DNA of 63,999 bases, counting the filler, from Candidatus Babelota bacterium (GTDB lineage: Bacteria > JAGOBX01), in the NCBI GenBank assembly GCA_017999075.1. It is 11 parts of 11 records of this genome, joined end to end, with 100 filler letters (N's around TTAATTAATTAA, not from the genome) between each part and the next. Parts side by side here need not be neighbours in the genome. Positions count along the whole stretch, not along the records: positions 47,745 to 53,541 come from JAGOBX010000256.1; positions 53,642 to 59,430 come from JAGOBX010000257.1; positions 59,531 to 63,999 come from JAGOBX010000344.1; 8 more parts are not named here. The stretch is one strand, 5' to 3'. The notes beneath the pieces were generated by a model. The model did no database searches and had not been told where the DNA came from. It saw only the letters and a list, made by a program, of their open reading frames with translations. The translations under genes and the position numbers were made by a program. This document shows, one piece after another, positions 51,172-61,553 of the stretch. Each line of letters opens with the position of its first letter. Position 1 is the stretch's first letter.

Positions 51172-53501
51172 CCGATATTTACATAATTTAAAGCATCGAT
51201 CAATTTTCTGATGTAACCGAATTTTAAATTTTCAAATAAAAAACCGGAATTCATCATTCTGCATATATTTTCTTTGATACGAAGCATCAAATTTTCGTAT
51301 TTAAAAATATCTTTTATCAAGGGAGCTGTAAGTCCGCTCTGCCTGAGTCCTATCAAATCGCCCATTCCTCTGTTGCGCAAATCAAATTCCGAAAGAGTCA
51401 ATCCGTCACTGGTTTCAGAAAAAAATTTAATTCGTTCTTCAGAATTTTCAGAAAACTTTTCTCCGCAAACCAAAAAACAGTAAGATTTAACCGAGTTCCT
51501 GCCTACTCTGCCGCGCAATTGATGAAGCTGCGCAAGACCGAAACGTTCCGGATGTTCAATGACAATTATATTAGCATTAGGCATATCTATTCCAACTTCT
51601 ATAACTATAGTGGAAAACAACACTTTAATTTCATTTTTCACAAACTCAGACATGACTTTTTCTCTCTCTTCAAATTTCATTCTGCCATGAATCATAGCAC
51701 ACGGAACATTTTTAAAAACTGTTTTTGACAATTCTGAAAATTTTGTCTGAACAGATTTCAATTCAAGTTTATCATTGTCTTCGATTGCAGGATAAACAAT
51801 GAATGTCTGCAAGTTTTTACGCGTATTTTCAATAATAAAATCATAAAGTTCCAAAATCTTATTTTCAAATATAATTTCAGTTTTTATTTCAAGTCTGCCA
51901 GCAGGTTTTCCGTTTATAACAGTAATATCGAAGTCGCTGAATATAGTTAATCCTAGACTTCTTGGTATAGGAGTAGCTGTCATAACCAAAACATCAGGAT
52001 TACTTTTTTGTTCAGCAAGCAATTCGCGCTGATATACGCCAAACTTATGCTGTTCATCAATTACAATAAATCCAGGTTTTGAAAACTTGACAGAGTTTCC
52101 AATTAAGCTGTGCGTACCTATTATTATCTGGGCGACTCCTGAAGAAATATCCTGCAATATTTTTTCTTTGTCATTTTTTTTTACGCTTGAATTAAGCATT
52201 ACAATATTATAGTTAAACCTGCCGAGATATTTGACAAATGTTTTAAAATGCTGTTCTGCTAAAATTTCACTCGGAGCCATCATAACAAACTGATATCCGT
52301 TTTCTATTACAGCTATGGATAGAATTACCGAAATAATTGTTTTCCCGCAACCAACATCTCCCTGCATTAATCTCATCATAGGAGATTCTTTTTTCATATC
52401 ATTCATTATTTCATTAAGCGCGCTTTTCTGACTTTCTGTAAGTTCAAATTCAAGGGAATCAATAAATTCATTTATTTTATTCATACAATGTTCAAAATCA
52501 AATTTCACACCTGTTCTTCTTCTTTCTCTTATTTTATTAAACTGCAATCTTAACTGATATAAAAAAAAATTATAATATACCGCCTGTTTTTTGTATTTTT
52601 CGGCGGAGGCCGCATCTTTCGGATTATGCAAAGTTTTTACACATAAAGAATACTCGCAAAAATGTTCTTCAGTTTTCAAATTTACCGGTAAAAAATCAGT
52701 CATTACAGGCAGATAAATTTCTAATGCAGAATTTAAAATTTTTCTGAAAACCGAATTTGATATGCCGTTCGGCAAGGAATATACAGGTTCAATTATATTT
52801 TTCCCTTCAAAAACATCAGTTTTTTTCAATTTATACGACGGACTGTTAAAAATTTTATGATTATAATATTCCAATTTTCCATAAACTGTAATCGGCAAAC
52901 CCTCGGCAAAATTTTTTTTATAATTATAATATGCCGGATTTCCATAAAATCTTGCGGCGGCAATTCCGGTTCCATCATCAATCAAGACATCTGTATAAAA
53001 CATTTTTTTTGGTTTTATATAACTATTTTTAACTGAAACAATATTTCCTGAAATATAATAAATTCCGCCGATTTCAGCATTTTTTATAAAAACAGGTTCG
53101 TAAACCATGTATTGATAAGGGAAATATTCTATCAAATTTCTTATTGTTACTATATTTTTTTTTAACAAAATATTCTTATACTTTTTCCCAATTCCTTTCA
53201 ATTCATCAATACTCATATTCAGCAACAATAACTCTAAATCCCATAAGGCATCTATTATACAAAAAAATTTTTTTTTAATTAAAATTATATCATTATTTTC
53301 AAGATCAAATTCAGCTGTTATTGCATAAATTTTTTCAACTTTTTTTATAATTTGAAAGTATTTTTTTTTATTTAATAATTTTATAAAATCATCGGTATTC
53401 CGCCTGATAACAGTCAAATTATTCAATGCTATTTTATATTTATTCTGAACTATGGCATTAATTTCATTGCGAATTTCAACTAAGCAGGATAAACTATTCA
53501 T
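51162..53501 (-). CDS. recG: ATP-dependent DNA helicase RecG
   Basis: Wedge domain, QGDVGCGKT, APSEILAEQH, DEQHKFG, TATPIPRS, QLHQLRGRVGR and DL..RG.G...G.RQSG motifs. Confidence 0.95.
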   Translation of the reverse strand: MNSLSCLVEIRNEINAIVQNKYKIALNNLTVIRRNTDDFIKLLNKKKYFQIIKKVEKIYAITAEFDLENNDIILIKKKFFCIIDALWDLELLLLNMSIDELKGIGKKYKNILLKKNIVTIRNLIEYFPYQYMVYEPVFIKNAEIGGIYYISGNIVSVKNSYIKPKKMFYTDVLIDDGTGIAAARFYGNPAYYNYKKNFAEGLPITVYGKLEYYNHKIFNSPSYKLKKTDVFEGKNIIEPVYSLPNGISNSVFRKILNSALEIYLPVMTDFLPVNLKTEEHFCEYSLCVKTLHNPKDAASAEKYKKQAVYYNFFLYQLRLQFNKIRERRRTGVKFDFEHCMNKINEFIDSLEFELTESQKSALNEIMNDMKKESPMMRLMQGDVGCGKTIISVILSIAVIENGYQFVMMAPSEILAEQHFKTFVKYLGRFNYNIVMLNSSVKKNDKEKILQDISSGVAQIIIGTHSLIGNSVKFSKPGFIVIDEQHKFGVYQRELLAEQKSNPDVLVMTATPIPRSLGLTIFSDFDITVINGKPAGRLEIKTEIIFENKILELYDFIIENTRKNLQTFIVYPAIEDNDKLELKSVQTKFSELSKTVFKNVPCAMIHGRMKFEEREKVMSEFVKNEIKVLFSTIVIEVGIDMPNANIIVIEHPERFGLAQLHQLRGRVGRNSVKSYCFLVCGEKFSENSEERIKFFSETSDGLTLSEFDLRNRGMGDLIGLRQSGLTAPLIKDIFKYENLMLRIKENICRMMNSGFLFENLKFGYIRKLIDALNYVNIGQL

Positions 53502-53642
53502 ATTTTTTTTTAAACTGAATATAAATAAATATATTTACGGCNNNNNNNNNNNNNNNNNNNNNNNNNNNNNNNNNNNNNNNNNNNNTTAATTAATTAANNN
53601 NNNNNNNNNNNNNNNNNNNNNNNNNNNNNNNNNNNNNNNNNC

Positions 53643-56600
53643 TCTAATACTATTAATTCAAATTCTTCAGCAGTATTTCGAGGTATAACACCGATTTTAA
53701 AATCTGATGTTGTATTTTTGGCAGATGATTCAATCAATACAGAAAATTATAGGACAAATGTTATTATGCAGGGAAACTTTAATCCTGCAACAGGCGAGTA
53801 TGATCCTTTGTGGAATGGAGGTACTGATATTATAATGTATGATAACGGAACAAATGGAGATTCTGTTCCGGGAGATCATATATGGACATACAAAACCAGG
53901 CTTAAAGTTTCGTCATCTGACACATATCAATGGTGGATAGGTTATCCTGTTTCTCAATATCTTAAATCAGGAAATGATTTACGTGTGTTAAATGTTGATA
54001 CAATTTACGTTAAATCAGTTTTACCTGATGTTACTTCTCCTCGTTTGAGTTCCGTTTCAGCAATTGACAACACTCATCTGTCTGTAGTTTTCAATGAACA
54101 AATTGATAAATTGACTGCTGAAAATATACAAAACTACCGAGTTGCTTATGCTACTGATACATTGGCAGTTTTGGCTGCTACTCTTGATGTTGATAACAGA
54201 ACTGTTTATTTAACTTCAAGCGGTCAGACTGAAAACAGGATGTATACTCTTATAGTATCAAATGTTAAAGATATATCAGGAAACATAATAAATTCATTTA
54301 ATCAATTGCAATTTACCGGAAAAGCTGCTCTTGATAATATTTCTCCGCGCATTGAATCTGTTCTGTCTGCAGATTACCAGAATATAAATATTACATTTTC
54401 TGAAAAAATAGAACCTCAATCAGCGCAATCGGTTTTGAATTATTTTATTTATAATTCTTTGAATATTTCAGATACTTTACATATTATCCAATGTAATCTG
54501 GATGCTGATGGAAAAACAGTTCATATTAAAACTTTGAATCAGTCTGAAAAAGTTTATAAAATTGTTATTAATAATATTAAAGATTTAGCTGTGCCAGCTA
54601 ATGTTATTTCATCAAATTCAAGCGATACTTTTGCAGGTAAAGTACAAGTTTTAAAAACAACCGTAACTTTTGTAGCGGATGATTCTATTAATACAGGCTA
54701 TAACAGCAGTTCAATATTGATGCAGGCATCATTTGATACTTCGACTGGAAAATATGATAGATTCTGGGCGACAAAAAATATAAACATTTTTATGAATGAT
54801 AGCGGTATAGATGGAGATCAAACCGCAAACGATCATAAATGGACTTACAGGACTGAACTTGAAATTAATCATGACGCAGTATTTCAGTGGTGGGTAGGAA
54901 CTAAATCTTCCGGCTGGCTAAAAAATTGCGATACTTTTGTTGTAGCAAACACTAATCCCATAACTGTAACTGTCAGATGGGTGGATAATTTGAAACCTTC
55001 TTTATCAGAAGTTAACAGCATTGATATAAATCATATTTCCCTCAAATTCACTGAATCAGTTGATAGAACAACAGCAGAGAACATTAACAATTATTCGGTT
55101 TCAGGATTAACAATACGTTCTGCTGCTTTATTATCTGATAAAATAACTGTTGTATTGACTTCTTCAAATCAAACTCATAATTTATTGTATACTTTGGTTG
55201 TTAATAATGTAAAAGACATTAATAATAATGCGGTTTTATTAAATTCTCAAAAAACATTTTATGGAATGGGAGGGAATGATACAATCCCGCCATCAATTAT
55301 AAGAGTTAATTCTATTGATTCAAAAACAGTTTCAATAGTATTCTCAGAATTTTTAAATTCTGTTTCTGCGTTGAATATTAATAATTATTCTATAAACGGA
55401 TTGTCTGTGATTTCTTCTGTTTTACAATCAGACAGTGTTACAGTAATTTTGACAACAGATCAGCAGACAGGAGGGTATAACTATAAAGTTACTGTTTCAA
55501 ATGTTTCTGATTCTTCTGGAAATTCTATAACTTCAGAAATTGGGTATTTTATAGGATTGCCGCTTCCATCAGCTCAAATTACTTTTATGGCTGATGATGC
55601 ATCAAACATAGGTTCTTATGTTACTTCTGTCAGAATAAAAGGCACGTTTAATTCGGCAGGAGAATATAGCCAAAATTGGAATAATAATATTAAAATCACT
55701 TTATATGACGATGGAATTAACGGTGGAGACACATTGGCAAATGATCATATCTGGACTTATAAAACCAATTTATTAGTTGATACTTTAAATACATTTAATT
55801 GGTCAGTTGAAACTTTAAGCAATACTTTTGTCTATCCAGGACAGCAGTTTAATGTCTTGGATACTTCATATATTACGGTAAGATTTGAGTTCCCTAACAG
55901 GACAGTTCCGAGGATTGTTTCGGTTTCAGCAGTTGAAAACGCAAAAGTTTCTGTAATTTTTAATAAAATAGTAACTAAATCAACTGCTGAAAATATCGTG
56001 AATTATGATATCACTTATGATGGAACTAATAAATTGAGTGTATTGAGTTCAACGTTAAGCCCTGTTGACAATAAAACTGTTTATCTTATTACTTCTGTAA
56101 TGAATTCTCAAAAAAATTATACTATTAAAATTAATAATATTACTGATGGTTCAGGAAATGTTATTCCTTTAAATTCGAGTTTTAATTTTAATGGAGTTGA
56201 TATTGTTGACGCTGAACCTCCTGCTATTGTTTCAGCAATTGCTATCGACAAAAATAATGTTCGCCTTATTTTTACGGAAAATATTTCTGTTGAATCAGGA
56301 AGGAATATTTCTAATTATCAGATTTATGAAACGGGAAATCCTTCACAAATATTAAATATTATTTCTGTTTCAATAAATTCGTTAAATGAAAAAGAGGTTG
56401 TAATATGTACAGCAGATCAGACAAATTTAATTTCATATACTTTGAAGTTGAATAACATTAAAGACAGGGCTGTTCCGTCAAACACCATTATTTCAAACAG
56501 TTCAATAAAATTTACAGGAATGGGTTCGGTCTCAAGAGCTTTGATAACGTTTATAGTTGATGATACTTTAAATACAGGAAATTATAAAACTCAATTGTTT

Positions 56601-57644
56601 GTAAGAGGTAGCTTTAATTCCGTTACAGGCGAATATTCTGAAAATTCTTTAACATCTATACAATTATATGATAATAGTTCTAATGGAGACATAATTTCAG
56701 GAGATCATAAATTTTCGAGAAGTTTATATTTTAATGTTGATCCTGATAAAATTTTTATTTGGAACGTGGTTGATTCACCCACTCAATTTTTAGCTTCTAA
56801 TAATTTTAGAGTATCCAATTCTACAAATCAGAATTTGACTGTTATTCTGCCGTCTCGCTTATCGCCGTCTAATCCTTCGGTAACTATAAACGGAGGAGCA
56901 GATACATCGGCGAATCCTTTGATCTTACTTACACTTTCTGTCAGCAATGCAAATGAAATGCAGATAAGTGAAAATATCGGATTTGCCGGAGCTGTATGGG
57001 AACAGTATGTTCCCGCAAAACAGTTTATACTGAGTTTGGTTGATGGTTTGAAAACCGTATATGTCAGATATAGAAATACAGTCAATATGACTTACAGTTC
57101 AATTGTTTCTGACCAGATTCGGCTTGATATACCTCCGGTTTCTCCGTCAAATGTCAGGCTTGAATCTTCAGATGATGGAATTATAAAATTACAATGGGAT
57201 AAATCAACTACACTTATTGACAGTTATTTGATTTTTTCAGATATGGGTTCTGGTGTTGTTAATTTTGATACGCCTGTAGCTAGAGTTTCATCAACGTTAA
57301 GTTCATGGCAGAGTCCTCGTTTTGGCAATAATCTTGATGTTAAATTTGTGGTCAGAGCTGCGCGTTCAGACGGAACTTCAGACGGAAATATTCAAGAATT
57401 TAAAATTACTGCTCAATTGCCTGGAGATTTTAATTCCGATGGCAATGTTGATATTATGGATTTAACTAATCTTGCAAAATCCTATGGAAAAACAGCGGTT
57501 GATCCGAATTGGGAATCGCAATACATTAAATTTAAACTTGATCCAAATACCAGTTTTATAAGTAAAAATGATGTGGATTATTTTGTTCAGAAATTTAGAA
57601 GAATATTGGCGTCTCCTTTAAATTTGGCGCCTAAGGTTCAATAA
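53643..57644 (+). CDS. Large surface protein: (choice-of-anchor-X-like + 2 Ig-like) repeats, FN3-like domain and C-terminal dockerin-like motif; 5' partial
   Basis: Four D.G..GD...DH.[WF][TS] motifs, six P.I.SV.A.D....V.F.E......A....NY Ig repeats, and GDFNSDGNVDIMDL near the C-terminus. Confidence 0.8.
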   Translation, partial: SNTINSNSSAVFRGITPILKSDVVFLADDSINTENYRTNVIMQGNFNPATGEYDPLWNGGTDIIMYDNGTNGDSVPGDHIWTYKTRLKVSSSDTYQWWIGYPVSQYLKSGNDLRVLNVDTIYVKSVLPDVTSPRLSSVSAIDNTHLSVVFNEQIDKLTAENIQNYRVAYATDTLAVLAATLDVDNRTVYLTSSGQTENRMYTLIVSNVKDISGNIINSFNQLQFTGKAALDNISPRIESVLSADYQNINITFSEKIEPQSAQSVLNYFIYNSLNISDTLHIIQCNLDADGKTVHIKTLNQSEKVYKIVINNIKDLAVPANVISSNSSDTFAGKVQVLKTTVTFVADDSINTGYNSSSILMQASFDTSTGKYDRFWATKNINIFMNDSGIDGDQTANDHKWTYRTELEINHDAVFQWWVGTKSSGWLKNCDTFVVANTNPITVTVRWVDNLKPSLSEVNSIDINHISLKFTESVDRTTAENINNYSVSGLTIRSAALLSDKITVVLTSSNQTHNLLYTLVVNNVKDINNNAVLLNSQKTFYGMGGNDTIPPSIIRVNSIDSKTVSIVFSEFLNSVSALNINNYSINGLSVISSVLQSDSVTVILTTDQQTGGYNYKVTVSNVSDSSGNSITSEIGYFIGLPLPSAQITFMADDASNIGSYVTSVRIKGTFNSAGEYSQNWNNNIKITLYDDGINGGDTLANDHIWTYKTNLLVDTLNTFNWSVETLSNTFVYPGQQFNVLDTSYITVRFEFPNRTVPRIVSVSAVENAKVSVIFNKIVTKSTAENIVNYDITYDGTNKLSVLSSTLSPVDNKTVYLITSVMNSQKNYTIKINNITDGSGNVIPLNSSFNFNGVDIVDAEPPAIVSAIAIDKNNVRLIFTENISVESGRNISNYQIYETGNPSQILNIISVSINSLNEKEVVICTADQTNLISYTLKLNNIKDRAVPSNTIISNSSIKFTGMGSVSRALITFIVDDTLNTGNYKTQLFVRGSFNSVTGEYSENSLTSIQLYDNSSNGDIISGDHKFSRSLYFNVDPDKIFIWNVVDSPTQFLASNNFRVSNSTNQNLTVILPSRLSPSNPSVTINGGADTSANPLILLTLSVSNANEMQISENIGFAGAVWEQYVPAKQFILSLVDGLKTVYVRYRNTVNMTYSSIVSDQIRLDIPPVSPSNVRLESSDDGIIKLQWDKSTTLIDSYLIFSDMGSGVVNFDTPVARVSSTLSSWQSPRFGNNLDVKFVVRAARSDGTSDGNIQEFKITAQLPGDFNSDGNVDIMDLTNLAKSYGKTAVDPNWESQYIKFKLDPNTSFISKNDVDYFVQKFRRILASPLNLAPKVQ

Positions 57645-57670
57645 TTTTAAAAAATATTTTTTGTTTTTTT

Positions 57671-57728
57671 ACTAATGAAAAATTGGCTAAACCAGTTATT
57701 TATCAGGGATAGTTAATTTTTCATTAGT
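57671..57728. terminator. Hairpin between convergent genes, probable bidirectional terminator
   Basis: ACTAATGAAAAATT (57671-57684) pairs perfectly with AATTTTTCATTAGT (57715-57728), and the stem extends by GGCTA/TAGTT. Confidence 0.6.
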
Positions 57729-57741
57729 TGGAATTTTTGAA

Positions 57742-59418
57742 TTATTTAAGATTGATTTTTCTGTATTTTGATCTTCTGTTCAAAAGTTTTTCCGGTCCGT
57801 ACTCTTTTGTTATAAATTCTTCATAATCCTTAAAATTTCCTTCAAACCATTTAAGTTGACCATTACCTTCGAAAACAATAAGATGTGTACAAACTCTGTC
57901 TAAAAAGAATCTGTCATGACTTATCAGCATAACACATCCGGAAAAATTCAGAATAGCTTCTTCAAGATTACGTAAAGTTGAAATATCAAGATCATTGGTT
58001 GGTTCATCAAGAAGAATAAGGTTTCCGCCTGATTTTAAAAGTTTGGCAAGATGAACCCGGTTTCGTTCACCGCCTGATAAATTTCCCACCAATTTTTGTT
58101 GGTCACTCCCTTTGAAATTAAATCTGCCGACATAATTTCTGGCCGAGATAGAAATATTGCCGAATTTTATTATTTCTACGTTTTCTCTGATTTCATCATA
58201 CACGCTTTTTGAACTGTCGAGATTGTCTCTGTGCTGATCAACATAAGCTAATTTTACTGTTTCGCCCATTTCGATTTTACCTGAATCAGGAATTTCCTGT
58301 TCTGTAATCATTCTGAACATTGTGGTTTTGCCTGCGCCGTTAGGTCCGATTAACCCTACGACTGCACCGTGAGGAAGTGAAAATGAAAATTTATCTATTA
58401 AAGTATTGCCGTTGTATCCTTTGGAAATGTTGTCGAAATTTAAGATCAATTTACCTAATTTTGGACCAGGACATATTTGAATCTCCAATGAATTTTCATT
58501 TAGAGAATTTTCCTGCATTAGTAATTGTTCGTACTGATTTATTCTTGATTTTGATAATGATTGCTTACCTTTTTTATTAGTACGGATCCATTGAATTTCG
58601 TTTTTTAAAAATTTTTGTTTTCTTGATTCGGATTTTTCTGTGTTTTCAAGAATCTTTTGTTTTTGATCAAGCCATGATGAATAATTGCCTTCAAATGGAA
58701 TGCCTTTTCCTGCATCAAGTTCGAGAATCCATTTCGTTATATTATCTAAAAAATATCTGTCGTGAGTTACTATTATAACTGTTCCAGGATAATTTTTTAG
58801 ATGATCTTCAAGCCACTGGACAGTTTCTGCGTCAAGATGGTTTGTAGGTTCGTCAAGCAGTAGCAAATCAGGCTGTTCAAGCAAAACTTTACATAACGCA
58901 ACACGTCTTCGCTCTCCGCCCGAAAGTTTTGTCACATCCATATCATCAGGGGGAAGCAATAAAGCATTAGATACTTTATTTAATTGAGTTTCAAGTTCCC
59001 ATCCATTGCACATATCTATTTTTTCTTGTAAAACAGACATTCTGTTCATTAATTTTTCCATTTCATCGCCGTCTGTTTCATTTCCCATTTTTTCAGTTAC
59101 TTCTTCGTATTCTTTAAGCATTGATATTATTTCTGAAAATGCTTCTGCAATGTTTTCTCTGACATTTTTTTTTTCATTTAGAACAGGTTCTTGAGGAATA
59201 TAACCTATTTTTACATTTTTTGCAGGTTCTGCATATCCGTCAAATTCCCTGTCTACCTGAGCCATAATTTTTAATAATGTAGTTTTCCCTGAACCATTAT
59301 CTCCAACGATTCCGATTTTTGCGCCTGGGAAAAAACAAAGGTTAATATCTTTTAAAATTTGTTTTTGTCCGTAAAATTTGTTCAGTCTGTTCATTGTAAA
59401 AATATATTGTTCAGTCAT
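57742..59418 (-). CDS. ettA: Energy-dependent translational throttle ABC-F protein EttA
   Basis: QYIFTM..L.K.Y..KQILKDI.L.FFPGAKIG, two ABC cassettes (LSGGERRRVAL; LSGGERNRVHLAK) and WFEGNF. Confidence 0.93.
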   Translation of the reverse strand: MTEQYIFTMNRLNKFYGQKQILKDINLCFFPGAKIGIVGDNGSGKTTLLKIMAQVDREFDGYAEPAKNVKIGYIPQEPVLNEKKNVRENIAEAFSEIISMLKEYEEVTEKMGNETDGDEMEKLMNRMSVLQEKIDMCNGWELETQLNKVSNALLLPPDDMDVTKLSGGERRRVALCKVLLEQPDLLLLDEPTNHLDAETVQWLEDHLKNYPGTVIIVTHDRYFLDNITKWILELDAGKGIPFEGNYSSWLDQKQKILENTEKSESRKQKFLKNEIQWIRTNKKGKQSLSKSRINQYEQLLMQENSLNENSLEIQICPGPKLGKLILNFDNISKGYNGNTLIDKFSFSLPHGAVVGLIGPNGAGKTTMFRMITEQEIPDSGKIEMGETVKLAYVDQHRDNLDSSKSVYDEIRENVEIIKFGNISISARNYVGRFNFKGSDQQKLVGNLSGGERNRVHLAKLLKSGGNLILLDEPTNDLDISTLRNLEEAILNFSGCVMLISHDRFFLDRVCTHLIVFEGNGQLKWFEGNFKDYEEFITKEYGPEKLLNRRSKYRKINLK

Positions 59419-59541
59419 AATATGTTCACCNNNNNNNNNNNNNNNNNNNNNNNNNNNNNNNNNNNNNNNNNNNNTTAATTAATTAANNNNNNNNNNNNNN
59501 NNNNNNNNNNNNNNNNNNNNNNNNNNNNNNATTATGCACTT

Positions 59542-59604
59542 GGCTTTGCCTCCTGTATTTATAGGGTTTTATTCTATCCCTATATTTTACTGAAAGGCAA
59601 AGCC
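59542..59604. other. 63-nt stem-loop at contig end
   Basis: GGCTTTGCCT/AGGCAAAGCC perfect 10-bp outer stem and TATAGGG/CCCTATA inner stem. Confidence 0.6.
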
Positions 59605-59730
59605 TTTTACAATTTTTATTTGTTCAATTTTATCATCAAATTTTTGGGGAATAGATTTTTTATTATTTTCTAAAAGCAACAATTCTAATTCTTTATCTTC
59701 AGATATTTTTTTCAAATATAAATTTATTAA

Positions 59731-60696
59731 TTATTTTATCAAACCGATTTCTTTATAATATTTTACCGCGCCGTCGTGTAGCGGGGCTGATAAAGCTTCA
59801 AGCATTGACTCTTTACTGATATTTTCTAAAACCGGATGCTTTTTGCGTAATTTATTAATATTCTGAAATATTTTTTTTGTTATATCGTAAACCACTTTTT
59901 CAGGCGTGTGGATGGAAGTTACTAATGTTGCTTTAACCCCGAAGGATTCAACATCTTTTTTATTAGTAAATTCAGGATAATACTTTATTGGAATGAATGC
60001 TTTTGCATAGTATGGATATTTTTTCAAGAAATCATTACTGACGGATATTGGAACAAAAGCAGCTTTTATTTTACTTGCGCTGACTTCCTTATAAATATTT
60101 GCGGGATGTCCGCTTGTGAAAAAAAAACCGTCAATTTTATCTGTCTGCATCAAATAAGGAGATTCTGACAATTGCAATTCAGAAATATTAATTTCTTTAT
60201 TAAAATCCCCATTAAAATTAGAGTTTTCAAGCAAACTCAAAGCATTCTGTCTGCCGCCTGAACCTTTATTGCCTATATTAATTCTTTTTCCTTTCAAGTC
60301 TGAAATTGCATTGATTTTTTTTCCGCTATTAACAGTCAATGTCAGTATTTCAGTATACAAAGAACATATTGAACGCAGTTCTTTCTGTTCGCCGCTTTCC
60401 GCCCATACGCCTTTGCCGTTATACGCTTCATACTGCACATCGGATTGTGCTATGCCTAAATCATATTCGCGCGCTAATATGTTTTTAATGTTAAATACCG
60501 AACCGGCAGTTGATTCAACGCTTAAGCGGACGTTTGAATTTTCTTCGCTGTTTACTATTTCTGCAAGAGCTTCGCCTACAGGATAATAAATGCCAGTCAT
60601 ACCTCCTGTTCCTATTGTAGCAAACCTCGTTTCTACAAAGTCATTTGAACATGAAAAACATAAACCTATTATTAAACAAAAAATAATTTTTTTCAT
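59731..60696 (-). CDS. TAXI-family TRAP solute-binding lipoprotein
   Basis: Lipobox FSC, IGTGG.TG.YYPVG, STAGSV.N, AQSD, DLKGKRINIG..GSG and PLHDGA.KYYKE motifs. Confidence 0.92.
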   Translation of the reverse strand: MKKIIFCLIIGLCFSCSNDFVETRFATIGTGGMTGIYYPVGEALAEIVNSEENSNVRLSVESTAGSVFNIKNILAREYDLGIAQSDVQYEAYNGKGVWAESGEQKELRSICSLYTEILTLTVNSGKKINAISDLKGKRINIGNKGSGGRQNALSLLENSNFNGDFNKEINISELQLSESPYLMQTDKIDGFFFTSGHPANIYKEVSASKIKAAFVPISVSNDFLKKYPYYAKAFIPIKYYPEFTNKKDVESFGVKATLVTSIHTPEKVVYDITKKIFQNINKLRKKHPVLENISKESMLEALSAPLHDGAVKYYKEIGLIK

Positions 60697-60716
60697 TTTT
60701 TCTCACAAGCAAATAA

Positions 60717-61112
60717 TTAATTTTTATTTTTTAAAAATTCAGCAAATTTTTTATCAATTTTCGTAGTGTGATTCAGCAGCCAGTCATAAAGAAAATTTAA
60801 AATATCAAAAGAAATTGTTAAATCTCCGGCTTCGGCTTTTTTTTGTAATTCCATCACTTTAGCAGTTAGTTCATCGTGTTCCTTTTTTTGTTCGGCAAAA
60901 CCAGGATAAGAAAATTTTTGAAAAAGTTTTTCTTCAGTTTCAAAATGTTCCAATGTAAAATCAAATAATTCCATCAAATTATCTAACGACATCGAAGTTT
61001 CGCCAATGGTTATTTTTTCGTGAAGCTGATTAAAAATTTCAAATAATTTTTTATGCTGATTATCTATTTCCTCGTTAACCGATAATTCTTCAGTCCAGAC
61101 AAGATGCGCCAT
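60717..61112 (-). CDS. Bacteriohemerythrin
   Basis: W...LSV..EIDNQHKKL, HFETEE, QKKEH and WL.NH....D motifs. Confidence 0.9.
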   Translation of the reverse strand: MAHLVWTEELSVNEEIDNQHKKLFEIFNQLHEKITIGETSMSLDNLMELFDFTLEHFETEEKLFQKFSYPGFAEQKKEHDELTAKVMELQKKAEAGDLTISFDILNFLYDWLLNHTTKIDKKFAEFLKNKN

Positions 61113-61136
61113 AAAAACCCTCGTTTTAAAATTATA

Positions 61137-61532
61137 TTAAATGGTTTTTAAAAATTCCGAAAATTTCTTATCTGATTCGCTCGTATGCGTAGTAAGCCAG
61201 TCATAAAGAAAATCAAGCAAATCAAAAGAAATTGTAAGATTTCCATCTTTAAACTGCTGCTGCAAATCAATAGCTTTTTGAGTGAGGTCAACATGTTCTT
61301 TTTTATGCGCTTCAGTATCAGGATATGAATATTTTGCAAAATACTTTTCTTCTGTTTCAAAATGCTCGACTGTGTAATCAATCAGGCTGATTAGTATTTT
61401 AGCGAGAGCGCCTTGTTCAGCTCCGGCAGTTACAGATTCGTGCAGCTTATTTAAAATATCAAATAAATTCTTATGCTGATTATCAATCTCCTCATTTACT
61501 GCAATATCCTGTGTCCAAGTAATAAAAGCCAT
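61137..61532 (-). CDS. Bacteriohemerythrin
   Basis: IDNQHK, HFETEE, HKKEH and WL..H....D motifs. GGAGG RBS before the ATG at 61532. Confidence 0.92.
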   Translation of the reverse strand: MAFITWTQDIAVNEEIDNQHKNLFDILNKLHESVTAGAEQGALAKILISLIDYTVEHFETEEKYFAKYSYPDTEAHKKEHVDLTQKAIDLQQQFKDGNLTISFDLLDFLYDWLTTHTSESDKKFSEFLKTI

Positions 61533-61553
61533 AAAAACCTCCAATGTATTTAT

